Positions 10,062 to 20,534 of a stretch of 64,000 bases of DNA are shown piece after piece (the first letter of the stretch is position 1; each line of letters begins with the position of its first letter). Under the pieces are notes generated by a model. It searched no databases. It saw nothing but the letters and a program-made list of their open reading frames with translations, and had not been told where the DNA came from. The translations under genes were made by a program, and so were the position numbers. This DNA comes from Nitrospira sp. (GTDB taxonomy: Bacteria; Nitrospirota; Nitrospiria; Nitrospirales; Nitrospiraceae), in NCBI GenBank assembly GCA_047150005.1, contig AP038806.1, positions 928,001 through 992,000 of the forward strand, in the 5' to 3' direction.

Positions 10062-10496
10062 GTGGCGGAACCAAAGCAGGAGAGCCTCGACAAGATGTGG
10101 AAGTACGTAAAGGGGTTCGCCGAGAAGAGCGGCACCACCATGCACCCGAACCCCGCCGTCACCGAGGCGGTGGTCAAGGGTCTGGCCATGCATGTGGACG
10201 AACTCGGGAAGCCGCTGTGCCCTTGCAACTTCTACAAAGACAAGCAGGCCGAAGCCAAACTGCGTCGCTGGATGTGCGCCTGCGACGAGATGCAGATCTA
10301 CAAATACTGCCACTGTCTGTTGTTTGTGCGCGAAGACGGGATGCCGATCACGGAGTATTTGCCGGAAGGTCACGAAGGGCGCGAAGTCTACGGCGTCGTC
10401 ACCGACCCGACCCCCGACAAGGGCCGAGCACTACGGCACAAAGCCGTGGAAGGGCCGCCTTCAGCGCCTGCCTCCCAGACGATTTCCGATGAGTGA
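10062..10496 (+). CDS. ftrC: Ferredoxin-thioredoxin reductase catalytic subunit-like protein
   Basis: LCPC, CAC and CHC cysteine pattern; GTG start with GGAG RBS. Confidence 0.8.
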   Translation: MAEPKQESLDKMWKYVKGFAEKSGTTMHPNPAVTEAVVKGLAMHVDELGKPLCPCNFYKDKQAEAKLRRWMCACDEMQIYKYCHCLLFVREDGMPITEYLPEGHEGREVYGVVTDPTPDKGRALRHKAVEGPPSAPASQTISDE

Positions 10497-10576
10497 CACC
10501 TCTTCTTTGAACAACTGACTCGTAGGCTCCCTCCTCGTTTTGGTTCCCCCCCTCACCCGTTTTCTCGTGCCCGTCG

Positions 10577-11059
10577 CTACTCCCACCCCTTCACCTCATA
10601 CCCTTTTTCGATCAGACAGTGCACAACCGCGTCCGCATACGGAGGGCTCGGTTCGAGAGGACGATAGGCCCCTCCGAGCGAACCGATGATCAATCCAAGC
10701 CCGGCCCCGGCCGCGGCGCCGATGGCAATGCCGGCCGGGCCTCCGGCGATGCCGCTGGTCGCCCCGACGGCGGCGCCCACAATGAGTCCGAGACCGGCGC
10801 CGGCCGCCACGTTGCCGCTCCGCGCCTCGGTTCCCGGATCCAATCCGGCCGCCTCGGCCTTCTGCTGGCATTCCGCGATGTCCAGTTTTGCTCCCTCGCG
10901 TCCTTGGAGTTGGTATTTCGCATTCGCCCGCAACAGCGGCTGAGGCCCCGCACAGGCGGCAGTTGCAACGGCCATCACAACGAGCGCGGATACGACCCGT
11001 CTTCCTCGCCTTCTGCTCCCGCGCGGCGATCGACTCGGCAATTGGGAGGCGACGATCAT
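10577..11059 (-). CDS. Glycine-zipper lipoprotein
   Basis: Lipobox TAAC, Gly/Ala-rich zipper, C-terminal CLxEKGYEVxGW. Confidence 0.75.
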   Translation of the reverse strand: MIVASQLPSRSPRGSRRRGRRVVSALVVMAVATAACAGPQPLLRANAKYQLQGREGAKLDIAECQQKAEAAGLDPGTEARSGNVAAGAGLGLIVGAAVGATSGIAGGPAGIAIGAAAGAGLGLIIGSLGGAYRPLEPSPPYADAVVHCLIEKGYEVKGWE

Positions 11060-11108
11060 CGTCGAACCCCCTCTCGCGCCGGGCCGAACCGGTTGTTCCG
11101 CGACTCGT

Positions 11109-11531
11109 TCAATTCCATCCTGTGACCTCGTAGCCTTTCTCCTGCAAGCACCGGTTCACAAAATTGGTGTACGCAGGATTACCCTGTGACTTGGAGGTGA
11201 ACAATCCCATCAGAAATCCCCATGTGGCTCCGCTCGCTGCACCAATCGCGGCCCCCATGCCGGGCGAACCGGTGATGGCGCCTCCGACAGCGCCGCTGGC
11301 GGCGCCAATGCCGGCGCCCACGGCTGTACTCTTTGCGACACCCCCCGCCTTCCCCGTGGCCTCGTCGGCACCGGCCGATTCGGCCATCTGCCTACAGTTC
11401 TTGATATCGGCTTCCGCAGCTTCCGTCCCGACCGACTGCAGATGTGCATTGGGATACAAGATCGGCTTGGGACCGGCACAAGCCATAAGTGCGGCGGCAC
11501 AGACCGCCACAATGACTTGCCGTGTGTTCAT
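11109..11531 (-). CDS. Glycine-zipper lipoprotein (paralogue of 10577..11059)
   Basis: Lipobox LMAC, Gly zipper, CLQEKGYEVTGWN. Confidence 0.8.
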   Translation of the reverse strand: MNTRQVIVAVCAAALMACAGPKPILYPNAHLQSVGTEAAEADIKNCRQMAESAGADEATGKAGGVAKSTAVGAGIGAASGAVGGAITGSPGMGAAIGAASGATWGFLMGLFTSKSQGNPAYTNFVNRCLQEKGYEVTGWN

Positions 11532-11836
11532 GACCACCAACTATAGCGGGCCAGATAGCCCTCAAGCTGCCGGGCGGACACACCGCGGATCAGCAGCCGT
11601 TTGCGCCGCCCGGTGACGCCCGATTCGATGCGGATCGCTCGCAGGGGAACGTCGAACTCGCCGGCCAGGAATGCAATGAGCGCATCGTTGGCCTGCCCAT
11701 CCACGGGAGCGGCCGCCACGCGGACTTTCAGCGCATCTCCGTGTTTTCCCGCCCACTCCGTATGTGATGATTTCGGCTGCAGATGGATGGTCAGGACCGC
11801 ACCGTCTTTCCCATCGCACAGTAGCGGGGTCGTCAT
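11528..11836 (-). CDS. DUF167/YggU family protein
   Basis: LKVRVAAAPVDGQANDAL...SGVTGRRK. Confidence 0.85.
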   Translation of the reverse strand: MTTPLLCDGKDGAVLTIHLQPKSSHTEWAGKHGDALKVRVAAAPVDGQANDALIAFLAGEFDVPLRAIRIESGVTGRRKRLLIRGVSARQLEGYLARYSWWS

Positions 11837-11863
11837 CCGGCAGCTCGAGTCCGAGGGGGCCTT

Positions 11864-12712
11864 CTAGAAAATCGCCTTGACCAGTTCCAGGATGCTGCGC
11901 TGCATGTCCGGATCGTCGGTCACCGGTCTGGCCACGGCCACGTCGCAGGCCTGGTCGACCGGAATGCCTTCCCGGATCAGCGTCGCGGCATAAATCAAGA
12001 GCCTGGTGCTGACGCCTTCTTCCAACCCGTGATTCTTGAGATTGCGGACCTTGGCTCCCAACTTGACCAGTTTCCCGGCGACCTCCGAGCCGACGCCCGC
12101 TTCTCGCCGGACAATCTCTGTCTCCACCTCGGCTCCGGGATAATCGAACTCAATGGCCATGAACCGCTGCTTGGTGCTCGGCTTGAGATCCTTGAGCACG
12201 CTTTGATAGCCGGGATTGTAGGAGATAACGAGCTGGAATTCTTCCGCGGCCTCGATGACCTGGCCTTTCTTCTCGATCGGCAGAAGCCGTCGATCGTCGC
12301 TGAGCGGATGGATGATGACCGTGGTGTCTTTTCGCGCCTCGACCACCTCGTCAAGATAGACGATGGCTCCGTGCTTGACCCCGAGGGTGAGAGGACCGTC
12401 CACCCATACGGTTTCCTGTCCTTTCAGCAGATAGCGACCCACCAGATCGGATGCGGTCAGATCCTCATGACAGGCCACCGTGATGAGAGGCCGATTCAGG
12501 CGGTAGGCCATGTGCTGGACGAACCGCGTCTTGCCGCATCCGGTCGGTCCCTTGAGCATGACGGGCATACGGCACTTGGCGGCCGTCAGAAACAGCTGCA
12601 CTTCGCCGCGGACGTTCGCGTAGTACGGTTCCTGGCGGACGCGGTAGCGCCCGATGTCGATCTCATGCGCCGGTTCGGTCACGCCGTTCCCCATTGAATC
12701 ATTGATGGGCAC
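11864..12712 (-). CDS. CbbQ/NirQ/NorQ family AAA+ ATPase
   Basis: [34 protein letters not shown] and STRLL motifs; start uncertain. Confidence 0.9.
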   Translation of the reverse strand: MPINDSMGNGVTEPAHEIDIGRYRVRQEPYYANVRGEVQLFLTAAKCRMPVMLKGPTGCGKTRFVQHMAYRLNRPLITVACHEDLTASDLVGRYLLKGQETVWVDGPLTLGVKHGAIVYLDEVVEARKDTTVIIHPLSDDRRLLPIEKKGQVIEAAEEFQLVISYNPGYQSVLKDLKPSTKQRFMAIEFDYPGAEVETEIVRREAGVGSEVAGKLVKLGAKVRNLKNHGLEEGVSTRLLIYAATLIREGIPVDQACDVAVARPVTDDPDMQRSILELVKAIF

Positions 12713-12772
12713 GATAAACGGAACCGCGGCCGAAGATCAAGGGAAGAAGGCGCACCGGGCACGGGCGTGCCG

Positions 12773-15700
12773 TCACGCGTTCACGCCGTCGAGGACCTCT
12801 CGCACCTTCTTGGCCAGCCCGACCGGGGTGAAGGGCTTGGGGAGGAAGGATGTTTCGCGCGAGACCCCGCCTTGCTCGAATACCGGATGATCGGGATATC
12901 CGGACATGTAGAGGACTTTGGTTTCCGGACGAATGCCGCGAAGCTTTTCGGCGACTTCCGGTCCGCTCATCTGAGGCATCACCACATCCGTCAACAGCAA
13001 ATGAATGGGGCCCGTGTGTTTGGCGACGGTCATCAACGCTTCGATGCCGTGACGGGCCTCGAGCACCGTGTAGCCGTGCAGGCGGAGCGTTTCATGGACC
13101 AGGCCGCGGACCGCCGGCTCATCCTCGACCAATAGGATGGTCTCCCGGCCGTGAGCCGGATCGGCCGTCTCGCCGGGGCCGCTTGCGCCCGGTCGGTCTT
13201 CCGCGACCAGCGGAAAGTAAATCGTGAACACCGTGCCTTGTCCGGGCACGCTCTCCACGGCGATGGTTCCGTTGCTCTGTCTGACGATGCCGTACACGGT
13301 CGACAATCCCAGCCCTGTGCCCTTGCCCTTTTCTTTGGTGGTAAAGAAGGGCTCAAACAAGTGTGAGCGCGTTTCGGCGTCCATCCCGTGCCCCGTGTCA
13401 CGCACCGTCAACTGAACATAGGCGCCCGGCTCCATGCCGACGGCATCCTTGCGCGGCCCTTTCCCGACCGTGACGTTACACGTCTCGATGGTCAGCCGAC
13501 CGCCCTTGGGCATAGCGTCCCTCGCGTTGACCGCGAGATTCATGATGACCTGCTCCATCTGCCCGGGATCGGCCCGGATCGAGCCGATGTTCGGCGCAAG
13601 CTCGGCACAGAGCTCGATGATGTCCTCACCGAGCAGGCGGCGCAGCATCCCGTCCATGTTGACGACGAGCGCGTTCAGATCGACGAGCTTGGGAGCGATG
13701 AACTGCCGGCGGCTGAACGCCAGCAGCTGCCGCGTCAATCCCGAGGCGCGATCGGCCGCCTTTTTCACTTCTTCCATGTCCTTGCGCATGGAATCACCCG
13801 GACGCAGACGCGCGAGCAGCAATTCGCTGTAGCCTCGGATGACGGTCAGGAGATTGTTGAAGTCATGCGCCACCCCTCCCGCCAGTCGTCCGACGGCTTC
13901 CATTTTTTGCGCCTGCTGCAACTGCGCCTCGGTCTGGCGCAAGGCCTCCTCCGTTCTCGTCCGCTCGCCGAGCTGGCCGATCTTCAGGCAGATGTCGTCG
14001 ATCATTTTCAGCAGCTCGTCGTCCGGCTGCCGGACCTGTCGGCTGAACAGCTCAATGACCCCTTCGACCTCGCTCCCGACGCGGACCGGAAATCCAAAGG
14101 CGCCGTGAAGCCCGGCCGCCCGCGCCTGCTCGGCGTGCGGCGATTGCTCGTCCACCGTGACGTCGGTGACCCACGCCGGCCGCTCGGTGGCCCAGATGTG
14201 TCCCGGAAGCCCTTCTCCGGACCTGAGCAGACTCGTCCAGGCGACCGTCGAGAACGCTTCGAAACCGGTCGTCGGGTGCGGCCATTGATCAATGCACCGC
14301 AGCGCCCCCTCCGCCTTGTCGACCCGCCAGAAGACCCCGTAGTCCCATTCCAGATTCTGCCCCACCGCCTGGATGATCTTGGGCACGGCTTCTTCCAGGG
14401 TGCGGGATTCCGCGAGCACCCTCGTCACCGAGTATTGGACCGTCAGGCGCTCCTCCGCACGTTTTCTCATGGTGATATCGGAAAAAGAGACGACCGCGAC
14501 GGCGGGCGCCCCCTGTCCCTTCAATCTCGCCGACCGGGAATTCACTTCGAGCCATCTCAACTCTCCGTCGGTCTTGTAGAAACCCATGACCACGCCGGAA
14601 CAGGACGCTCCGGTCCGCAGCGTCACCGCCACGGGATGGTGCTCCGGAGGAAACGGCCGCCTGTCTTCGTAGATCGTCTTCCACATCGGATCGTCAAGCG
14701 GCCGCTTCATGAGTTCCGCCAGCGGCATGCCCAGGATCCGCTCCGCGCTGGCATTCCCTGTGCGGAGTACACCTTGATCGTCGATGACGAGCACGCCTTC
14801 ATCCAGCGCATTCACGACCGACCGGTAGCGAACCTCGCTCTCTCGAAGCTTCGTCTCCGCTTCGCGGCGCTCGGTGATGTCCCGGGCGAATGCACTGAAG
14901 AAGAAGGTATCACCGATCCGGACCGGAGAGATCGAGAGCTCGACCGGGAACTCCCGACCCGAACGATGAAGCGCCAGCACCTCGACCCGCCTATTGAGGA
15001 TGTGGCTCTCACCGCTGGCCAGATAGTGGCGGAGTCCGCGCTCGTGGGCCTCACGATCCCGCGGCGGAATGATCACTTCGCCCAGAAGACGCCCCAGCAC
15101 TTCGTCGCGGCCCCATCCGAAAATCGCCGCCGCCTGCGCGTTCCAGTCAGTGACGATACCGCGTGAATCGATCGTCACGACGCCGTCCAGCGCCGTATCC
15201 ACGATAGCGCGGTTCCGTTCCTGGCTCTGCAGCAGGGCCGCCTCGGCCGCTCGCGCCCACGCGCTTTCCTGCTGCGCCTGCTGATACTCTTTCCTCAATT
15301 TGGACGTCGACCAGAGGACCATGAACAACATGGGCAGCCACACGACGGCGCCGGACATTCCGACCTTCCAGAGGATGGATCGGATGGGATCGAAAATCCG
15401 ATCCTGGTCCATGCGCACCAACACGTGCCAGCCCAGTCCCGGGATCTCGCCGAATCCCTTGGTCTGCGCATAACCGGTCACGACGGGGACCCCTCGGTAC
15501 TCCTCTTCCACAAAGCCCGGACCGCCTGCCTTGCTGGCGGTCATGGACGGCGGACCGACCTGGTCGATACTTTGAGGACTCTTGTGCAGGAGATCGGAAT
15601 CAGCAAACACCGATCCGCGGCCCGTCACCATCTGGTAGGACACGGGGCCCGTAAATTCCCGCCGTTTTTCGAGCGACCGCACGGTCCGCGTCGTCACTTC

Positions 15701-16270
15701 TTCGAGAACGGAAACCGCCACCCGCGTCGTCACCACCCCCAGGAACGTACCCTCAGAATCCAGAATCGGAGCGGTGAACCCGACGGTTTCAATCCCCTGG
15801 TCCACTTCGTGCGATGCAACGTCCTGCACCAGCAATTTCTTCGTCGCGCGGACCTGTCGGAACCATTCGGCCGACGCATAGTTCTTTCCGCGCAGGGTCG
15901 GATCCGTCGACGCCACAACCACTCCCTGGCCGTCCGTGACCCCCAGCCAGTGATAGACCGGGGCGTACGTCGTCTTCATCCAACCCAGATGGCCGGTGAG
16001 GTGGGCCGAATCGAACGAGCTGAGCGAAAACGCCCGGGCCAACATCTGGACGTCCCCGCGCCGTTCGAACAGCAGGCGATCGAGCTTATCGGAGACTTCG
16101 GCGGCGGCCACCATCAACTCTTCACCGGCCGCCGCGACAAGACGATGTTCCACATGGCGCAGCAGCACGATGCCCACTCCGGAGGCAATGAGCGTCAGCA
16201 GGACGATCGACAGCGGAAGCCATCGATAGCGTTGCGAGATGAGCGGTGTTCGAAAATTCGGCATGGTCAA
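12773..16270 (-). CDS. Hybrid sensor histidine kinase (Cache-PAS-PAS-GAF-HK-REC)
   Basis: AHDFNNLL, NARDAM, GTGLGL and LLLTDVVMP motifs. Confidence 0.92.
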   Translation of the reverse strand: MTMPNFRTPLISQRYRWLPLSIVLLTLIASGVGIVLLRHVEHRLVAAAGEELMVAAAEVSDKLDRLLFERRGDVQMLARAFSLSSFDSAHLTGHLGWMKTTYAPVYHWLGVTDGQGVVVASTDPTLRGKNYASAEWFRQVRATKKLLVQDVASHEVDQGIETVGFTAPILDSEGTFLGVVTTRVAVSVLEEVTTRTVRSLEKRREFTGPVSYQMVTGRGSVFADSDLLHKSPQSIDQVGPPSMTASKAGGPGFVEEEYRGVPVVTGYAQTKGFGEIPGLGWHVLVRMDQDRIFDPIRSILWKVGMSGAVVWLPMLFMVLWSTSKLRKEYQQAQQESAWARAAEAALLQSQERNRAIVDTALDGVVTIDSRGIVTDWNAQAAAIFGWGRDEVLGRLLGEVIIPPRDREAHERGLRHYLASGESHILNRRVEVLALHRSGREFPVELSISPVRIGDTFFFSAFARDITERREAETKLRESEVRYRSVVNALDEGVLVIDDQGVLRTGNASAERILGMPLAELMKRPLDDPMWKTIYEDRRPFPPEHHPVAVTLRTGASCSGVVMGFYKTDGELRWLEVNSRSARLKGQGAPAVAVVSFSDITMRKRAEERLTVQYSVTRVLAESRTLEEAVPKIIQAVGQNLEWDYGVFWRVDKAEGALRCIDQWPHPTTGFEAFSTVAWTSLLRSGEGLPGHIWATERPAWVTDVTVDEQSPHAEQARAAGLHGAFGFPVRVGSEVEGVIELFSRQVRQPDDELLKMIDDICLKIGQLGERTRTEEALRQTEAQLQQAQKMEAVGRLAGGVAHDFNNLLTVIRGYSELLLARLRPGDSMRKDMEEVKKAADRASGLTRQLLAFSRRQFIAPKLVDLNALVVNMDGMLRRLLGEDIIELCAELAPNIGSIRADPGQMEQVIMNLAVNARDAMPKGGRLTIETCNVTVGKGPRKDAVGMEPGAYVQLTVRDTGHGMDAETRSHLFEPFFTTKEKGKGTGLGLSTVYGIVRQSNGTIAVESVPGQGTVFTIYFPLVAEDRPGASGPGETADPAHGRETILLVEDEPAVRGLVHETLRLHGYTVLEARHGIEALMTVAKHTGPIHLLLTDVVMPQMSGPEVAEKLRGIRPETKVLYMSGYPDHPVFEQGGVSRETSFLPKPFTPVGLAKKVREVLDGVNA

Positions 16271-16278
16271 CTACATCG

Positions 16279-17811
16279 TCAACGACGACGGTCTTCAAGG
16301 AGTCTGTACTGCCGGATCCGCATGACCGGGTGATAGGAGTCCTTGGATCGACTCAATCCCGACAGGCCTGCGCCGTCCATGGTGTTGATGAATTCCGCTC
16401 CGCGGGCCGCCGCCGCACGGGAGGTCTCTCGAAACAGATACTGCGCGAGGCCGGGAATTGCGCGGTCGGCGACTTCCAGCAGCACGCACCAGGTGGCGGG
16501 TGTCAGCCAGCAGCCGAATGTATAGGCCCGGATCTCTCCCTCGACGCGCACCACCGTTCCGCTTAATCCCAAGTCCGAGAAATGAGACCAGGCGATCTCG
16601 TGTGTCGACACGGCGTCTTCCAGCAACAACCGCCCGAACGGGTCGAGCACGCCCGCTTGCTTCTGTCCCTGCCATCGCTGGAGCAACCGGCGGCACTCCG
16701 CACGATCCCGGAGCGCATACGGAGCCACCGCCACCTGGCCCAAGCGCTCGACCTTGTTGCAAAGCGCGCGTTGCGATTTGAACCGATCCCCCGTGAGCGC
16801 GGCCAGGTCTCCCGCCCGGTACAGATAGTCGCCGTCTCCGGCCTCGAGTCGATAGCCCAAGACTTCCAGCCGAGCAGCCAACGCAGGGGAAACGTTGTCG
16901 ATCCGGTGGACCGGCGAATCGGCCCCGTTTCTCCGGCGCATCAGATCGAAGGCTGCACGGATCGGCTCCTGGATCGGTCCGCCTCCCAGGGGGGGAAGAG
17001 GCATGAACCAGCCGTCCGCCGATTCGGCGAAGAGACAGAAGGAGCCGTGGAGTTCCGCCCACCAATAACTCAGCAGGGTCGTGCACAGGTAGACGGAGGG
17101 CACGGAGTACGCCGCCAGGCCCTGCGCGTCGGCGAGTCCGGACGCGTCCAATGCTTCCGTCACTCTCTGGACATCCTCGAGAGTGAGCCGGTGCACGGCT
17201 ACAGTCCCCCAGCGCGCCTGTACGGCGTGAGTCAGCGCCGGCAGCCTCGACAATTCTACGACGTCCGGTTGGAAGCGCCCGATCAGCCTGGGATGATCCG
17301 CGACAGTCTTGAGCAGGTCCGGATCATTGAGCCGGGCCATCGCCTGGTCCGCATATCGCCGAATGGAGTCCGGGACCTGCTCTCGCATGAAAGGACACTT
17401 GCTGTCCCATCCCAGCACCACTTCGTCGTGCCGTTCGCTCCACATCAACGCCAAGGGATAGAGCCGGCAATCAAAGGGTCTCTGGTCGTAAATGAGACAA
17501 CGGGCACTGACGGGATCGAAGGCGGGACAGTGAAATCCATCGCCCTCCTCGTCGGGGACCAAGGCGATCTGACCTCCCTGCGGGGAGGGAAACCGGCCGG
17601 CGCCCACGCCTCCGGCCACCGCGCGGGTGACTTCTGCGGCCGTAAAGTACGGCCGCAGCGGGCTATCCGGGTCCGGAAACCGGCAACACACGTCGCACCG
17701 AAGGCACGTGCTGCTGGGAACCAACTGCGGAACGGAGCGGGCCGGCTCGGGAGGAGACACGGTCTGTGCGGTCGACGCCGCCATCGAGGAACTCCTTGAT
17801 TTTTCGCTCAT
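16279..17811 (-). CDS. YkgJ-like Cys-cluster domain fused to DUF2156 (GNAT-like) domain
   Basis: N-terminal CLRCDVCC...CLIYDQRPFDCRLYP; C-terminal DYLY...LTGDRFKSQR...GLSRSKDSYHP. Confidence 0.7.
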   Translation of the reverse strand: MSEKSRSSSMAASTAQTVSPPEPARSVPQLVPSSTCLRCDVCCRFPDPDSPLRPYFTAAEVTRAVAGGVGAGRFPSPQGGQIALVPDEEGDGFHCPAFDPVSARCLIYDQRPFDCRLYPLALMWSERHDEVVLGWDSKCPFMREQVPDSIRRYADQAMARLNDPDLLKTVADHPRLIGRFQPDVVELSRLPALTHAVQARWGTVAVHRLTLEDVQRVTEALDASGLADAQGLAAYSVPSVYLCTTLLSYWWAELHGSFCLFAESADGWFMPLPPLGGGPIQEPIRAAFDLMRRRNGADSPVHRIDNVSPALAARLEVLGYRLEAGDGDYLYRAGDLAALTGDRFKSQRALCNKVERLGQVAVAPYALRDRAECRRLLQRWQGQKQAGVLDPFGRLLLEDAVSTHEIAWSHFSDLGLSGTVVRVEGEIRAYTFGCWLTPATWCVLLEVADRAIPGLAQYLFRETSRAAAARGAEFINTMDGAGLSGLSRSKDSYHPVMRIRQYRLLEDRRR

Positions 17812-17951
17812 TCTAGCACCGTTCCTGAGGTGCGCCTACTAGGATATGGTTTTTCGAGGCGCGGACTCATGAAAACCGACAATTCCTTGACCTGTGTGCA
17901 ATCGGTGGGATACTGCAGCAGAACCCATTCGTTCTGCCGCCACTCAACATC

Positions 17952-18965
17952 ATGGCCGACTCACCCACTCCACCTCAATACGACTCGCGACTCTTGCTCA
18001 ACTCGCACCCTCTCATTATTACGGTGATTGACCCGCTCACCCATAAGGTCGTGTTTCAGAACGATAGTTCGCAGTCAAAGTTCGGAGATATCTCGAGCGC
18101 GACCTGCCACGAAAAGATCGCCGGCTGTGCCGCGCCATGCAGCTTCTGCCGGATGCCGGAGGCCGTCGAAACGGGACGGCTGTCCTCCAGTGAAGTGCCG
18201 CTACCGAACGATGAACATCTCCTGATGCAATGGGCCAGAGTCGAAACGACGTCCGGAGCGACCCATATCATCGAAACGATCACCGACATCACCGCCCTTA
18301 AGCGGCAGCAGCAGGAAACCGAACGTCTCGTCACGAAACTGTCGGCGACCAATCGGGATCTGATCCAGGCGAATCAGCTCCTGCAAGATCAGTCCGTGCG
18401 AGACAGCCTCACCGGCCTGTACAACCATTCCCACTTTGAACAGACCCTGGTTCATTTGTGCGCGCTCGCGCTCCGGTCGATGCGTCCCCTGTCGCTGCTC
18501 TTCGTCGATCTCGACAACTTTAAGCAGATCAACGACGTGTACGGACACACCACCGGCGATCAAGTGCTCAGGGAAATCGGCTGGCTGCTGGACAGTCAAC
18601 AGGGTCCCAGCCGCGGGATCGCGCGCGCCAGCGACTTCGCGGCGCGGTACGGCGGCGAAGAGTTCGCCTTGATTCTTCCGGACACATCGATGGACGGGGC
18701 CCTCAGCGCGGCCGAGCGGCTCCGCCATCGTGTCACCACGCTCACGATGTTGCCGGAACTCTCCGCATTGACGGCATCCTCGTTTTCCCTCACCTGCAGC
18801 ATCGGCGTCGCGTCCTTTCCCATCCATGCCGACAATCCCACCGATCTCGTCAATGCAGCCGACACGGCCGTGTATGCGGCCAAGCGGGCGGGCAAGAACT
18901 GCGTGCGCATGGCGGCCCCCGCGGCCCCGCCCACGACCGTTCCCGGTCCCCTTGTACGATCATAG
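17952..18965 (+). CDS. Diguanylate cyclase (PAS-like plus GGDEF)
   Basis: DSLTGLYN, DLDNFKQIND, RYGGEEF. Confidence 0.9.
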   Translation: MADSPTPPQYDSRLLLNSHPLIITVIDPLTHKVVFQNDSSQSKFGDISSATCHEKIAGCAAPCSFCRMPEAVETGRLSSSEVPLPNDEHLLMQWARVETTSGATHIIETITDITALKRQQQETERLVTKLSATNRDLIQANQLLQDQSVRDSLTGLYNHSHFEQTLVHLCALALRSMRPLSLLFVDLDNFKQINDVYGHTTGDQVLREIGWLLDSQQGPSRGIARASDFAARYGGEEFALILPDTSMDGALSAAERLRHRVTTLTMLPELSALTASSFSLTCSIGVASFPIHADNPTDLVNAADTAVYAAKRAGKNCVRMAAPAAPPTTVPGPLVRS

Positions 18966-18983
18966 GGCGCGTGCTACGATCAC

Positions 18984-20534
18984 TTGCATCGGTCGATTGT
19001 TACGAACGTCGCTCCTGTTCATTTGACTACCTCCAACCTCCTTTATCGCTGTTCCGCCATTCGGGATGCACTGGTTGACGCGGGGCTGTTCACCGCGACC
19101 ACCGGAACGTCGGCTGCGGCGGAAACCGACATCGCGGTGAACTCCTGGCGGATCGGGACGGCTCCGTTCCTCCTTTCGGCGGAGCAGGCGGCCTTCTTTC
19201 ATCGCTTGGGCCCGCATCTCCTTTCGTTCTATCGCACGCTCAACCGGCTGTATGCCGAGAGCGTCCGCGGCCTGCAGCCCTCCTGGGTCGCCGAGGCCTT
19301 GGACCGCGGAAAACCGGAAGGGCTCGTCACCTACAGCCGCATGAAGCGGTTTCGCGACCTGCTGCCCGCCGTGATCCGCCCGGATGTGATTCCGACCTCC
19401 GACGGGATGGTCATTACCGAGCTCGATTCGGTACCCGGCGGCATTGGGCTCACCGCCGCCTTAAGCAGAGCCTACGCAGACCTCCAGCCTCAGCCCTCAG
19501 CACCCAGCACTCAGCACCCAGCACTCAGCACTCAGCACTCTCCATTGGTGGGAGGACGAGACGGGATGATCAGCGGTTTTGCCGCGATGCTCACGCATGT
19601 TCGCGGCTCCCGTGAAGGATGCACGGCCGTCGTGGTGTCGGATGAAGCCAAGGACTATCGGCCGGAAATGACCTGGATGGCGGCGCAACTCTCCGAACGT
19701 GGATTTGATACCCGCTGCGTGGAGCCGCGCGACGTCCGGTTCACGGAAGGGGGGCTCCGCCTCCTCGACGGCGACCGCGAAAAACCGATCGCCCTGATTT
19801 ACCGATTCTTCGAGCTGTTCGACCTGCCCAACATCCCGAAGTCGGAGCTGATGCAATACGCCGCGAAAAAGAATTGGGTGGCCGTCACGCCTCCGTACAA
19901 ACCGGCGCTGGAGGAGAAATCGGCCTTCGCGCTGTTCCACCACCCGGTGCTCCGTCCCTTTTGGCGCAGGGAACTAGGCGAGGACACGTGGCTTCACCTG
20001 ACGGCGATCATGCCGCGAACGTGGCTGCTCGACCCTGCCCCGGTCCCGCCGTCGGCAACCATCCCGGGCCTCTCGATCGGGGATCGAGCCATTGCGGACT
20101 GGCGGGACCTCGCATCGGCCACCCAGAAGGAACGCCACTATGTGATCAAGCCTTCCGGATTTTCCGAATTGGCCTGGGGAAGTAGAGGCGTGTCGATCGG
20201 ACACGATCTACCTCAGAGCGAATGGGCGGGCGCGATCGACGGCGCCTTGGCCGCGTTTCCGCGTACGCCCCACGTCCTGCAAGAGTTTCACAAGGGCCGG
20301 CAATACCACATGGAGTACTTCGATGCCGCAAGCGGCGACATCCGCCAGATGGCGGGTCGGGCCAGACTGTCTCCCTATTATTTCGTGACTGGCGAAAAGG
20401 TGGAGCTGGCTGGTATTCTGGCAACCGTCTGCCCGGCGGACAAGAAGGTCATCCACGGGATGAAGGACGCGATCCTGGTTCCCTGCACCGCCGCGGGGGG
20501 AGACACGGCTCCGGTGCTCAGTGCTGAGGTATGA
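18984..20534 (+). CDS. ATP-grasp-like ligase (glutathionylspermidine synthase/circularly permuted type), function unknown
   Basis: IRPDVI...ITELDSVPGG, IYRFFELFD, YVIKPSG, VLQEF; start uncertain. Confidence 0.6.
   Translation: MHRSIVTNVAPVHLTTSNLLYRCSAIRDALVDAGLFTATTGTSAAAETDIAVNSWRIGTAPFLLSAEQAAFFHRLGPHLLSFYRTLNRLYAESVRGLQPSWVAEALDRGKPEGLVTYSRMKRFRDLLPAVIRPDVIPTSDGMVITELDSVPGGIGLTAALSRAYADLQPQPSAPSTQHPALSTQHSPLVGGRDGMISGFAAMLTHVRGSREGCTAVVVSDEAKDYRPEMTWMAAQLSERGFDTRCVEPRDVRFTEGGLRLLDGDREKPIALIYRFFELFDLPNIPKSELMQYAAKKNWVAVTPPYKPALEEKSAFALFHHPVLRPFWRRELGEDTWLHLTAIMPRTWLLDPAPVPPSATIPGLSIGDRAIADWRDLASATQKERHYVIKPSGFSELAWGSRGVSIGHDLPQSEWAGAIDGALAAFPRTPHVLQEFHKGRQYHMEYFDAASGDIRQMAGRARLSPYYFVTGEKVELAGILATVCPADKKVIHGMKDAILVPCTAAGGDTAPVLSAEV
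19483..19541 (+). repeat. In-frame heptamer (YCAGCAC) tandem array within the ATP-grasp gene
   Basis: ccagcctcagccctcagcacccagcactcagcacccagcactcagcactcagcact, encoding QPQPSAPSTQHPALSTQHS. Confidence 0.85.

Noticed and set aside
7948..10110. 720-aa plus-strand ORF and other long antisense ORFs (for example 13388..15166)
   Set aside because: These are shadow ORFs opposite well-supported genes in GC-rich DNA and carry no recognisable motifs.
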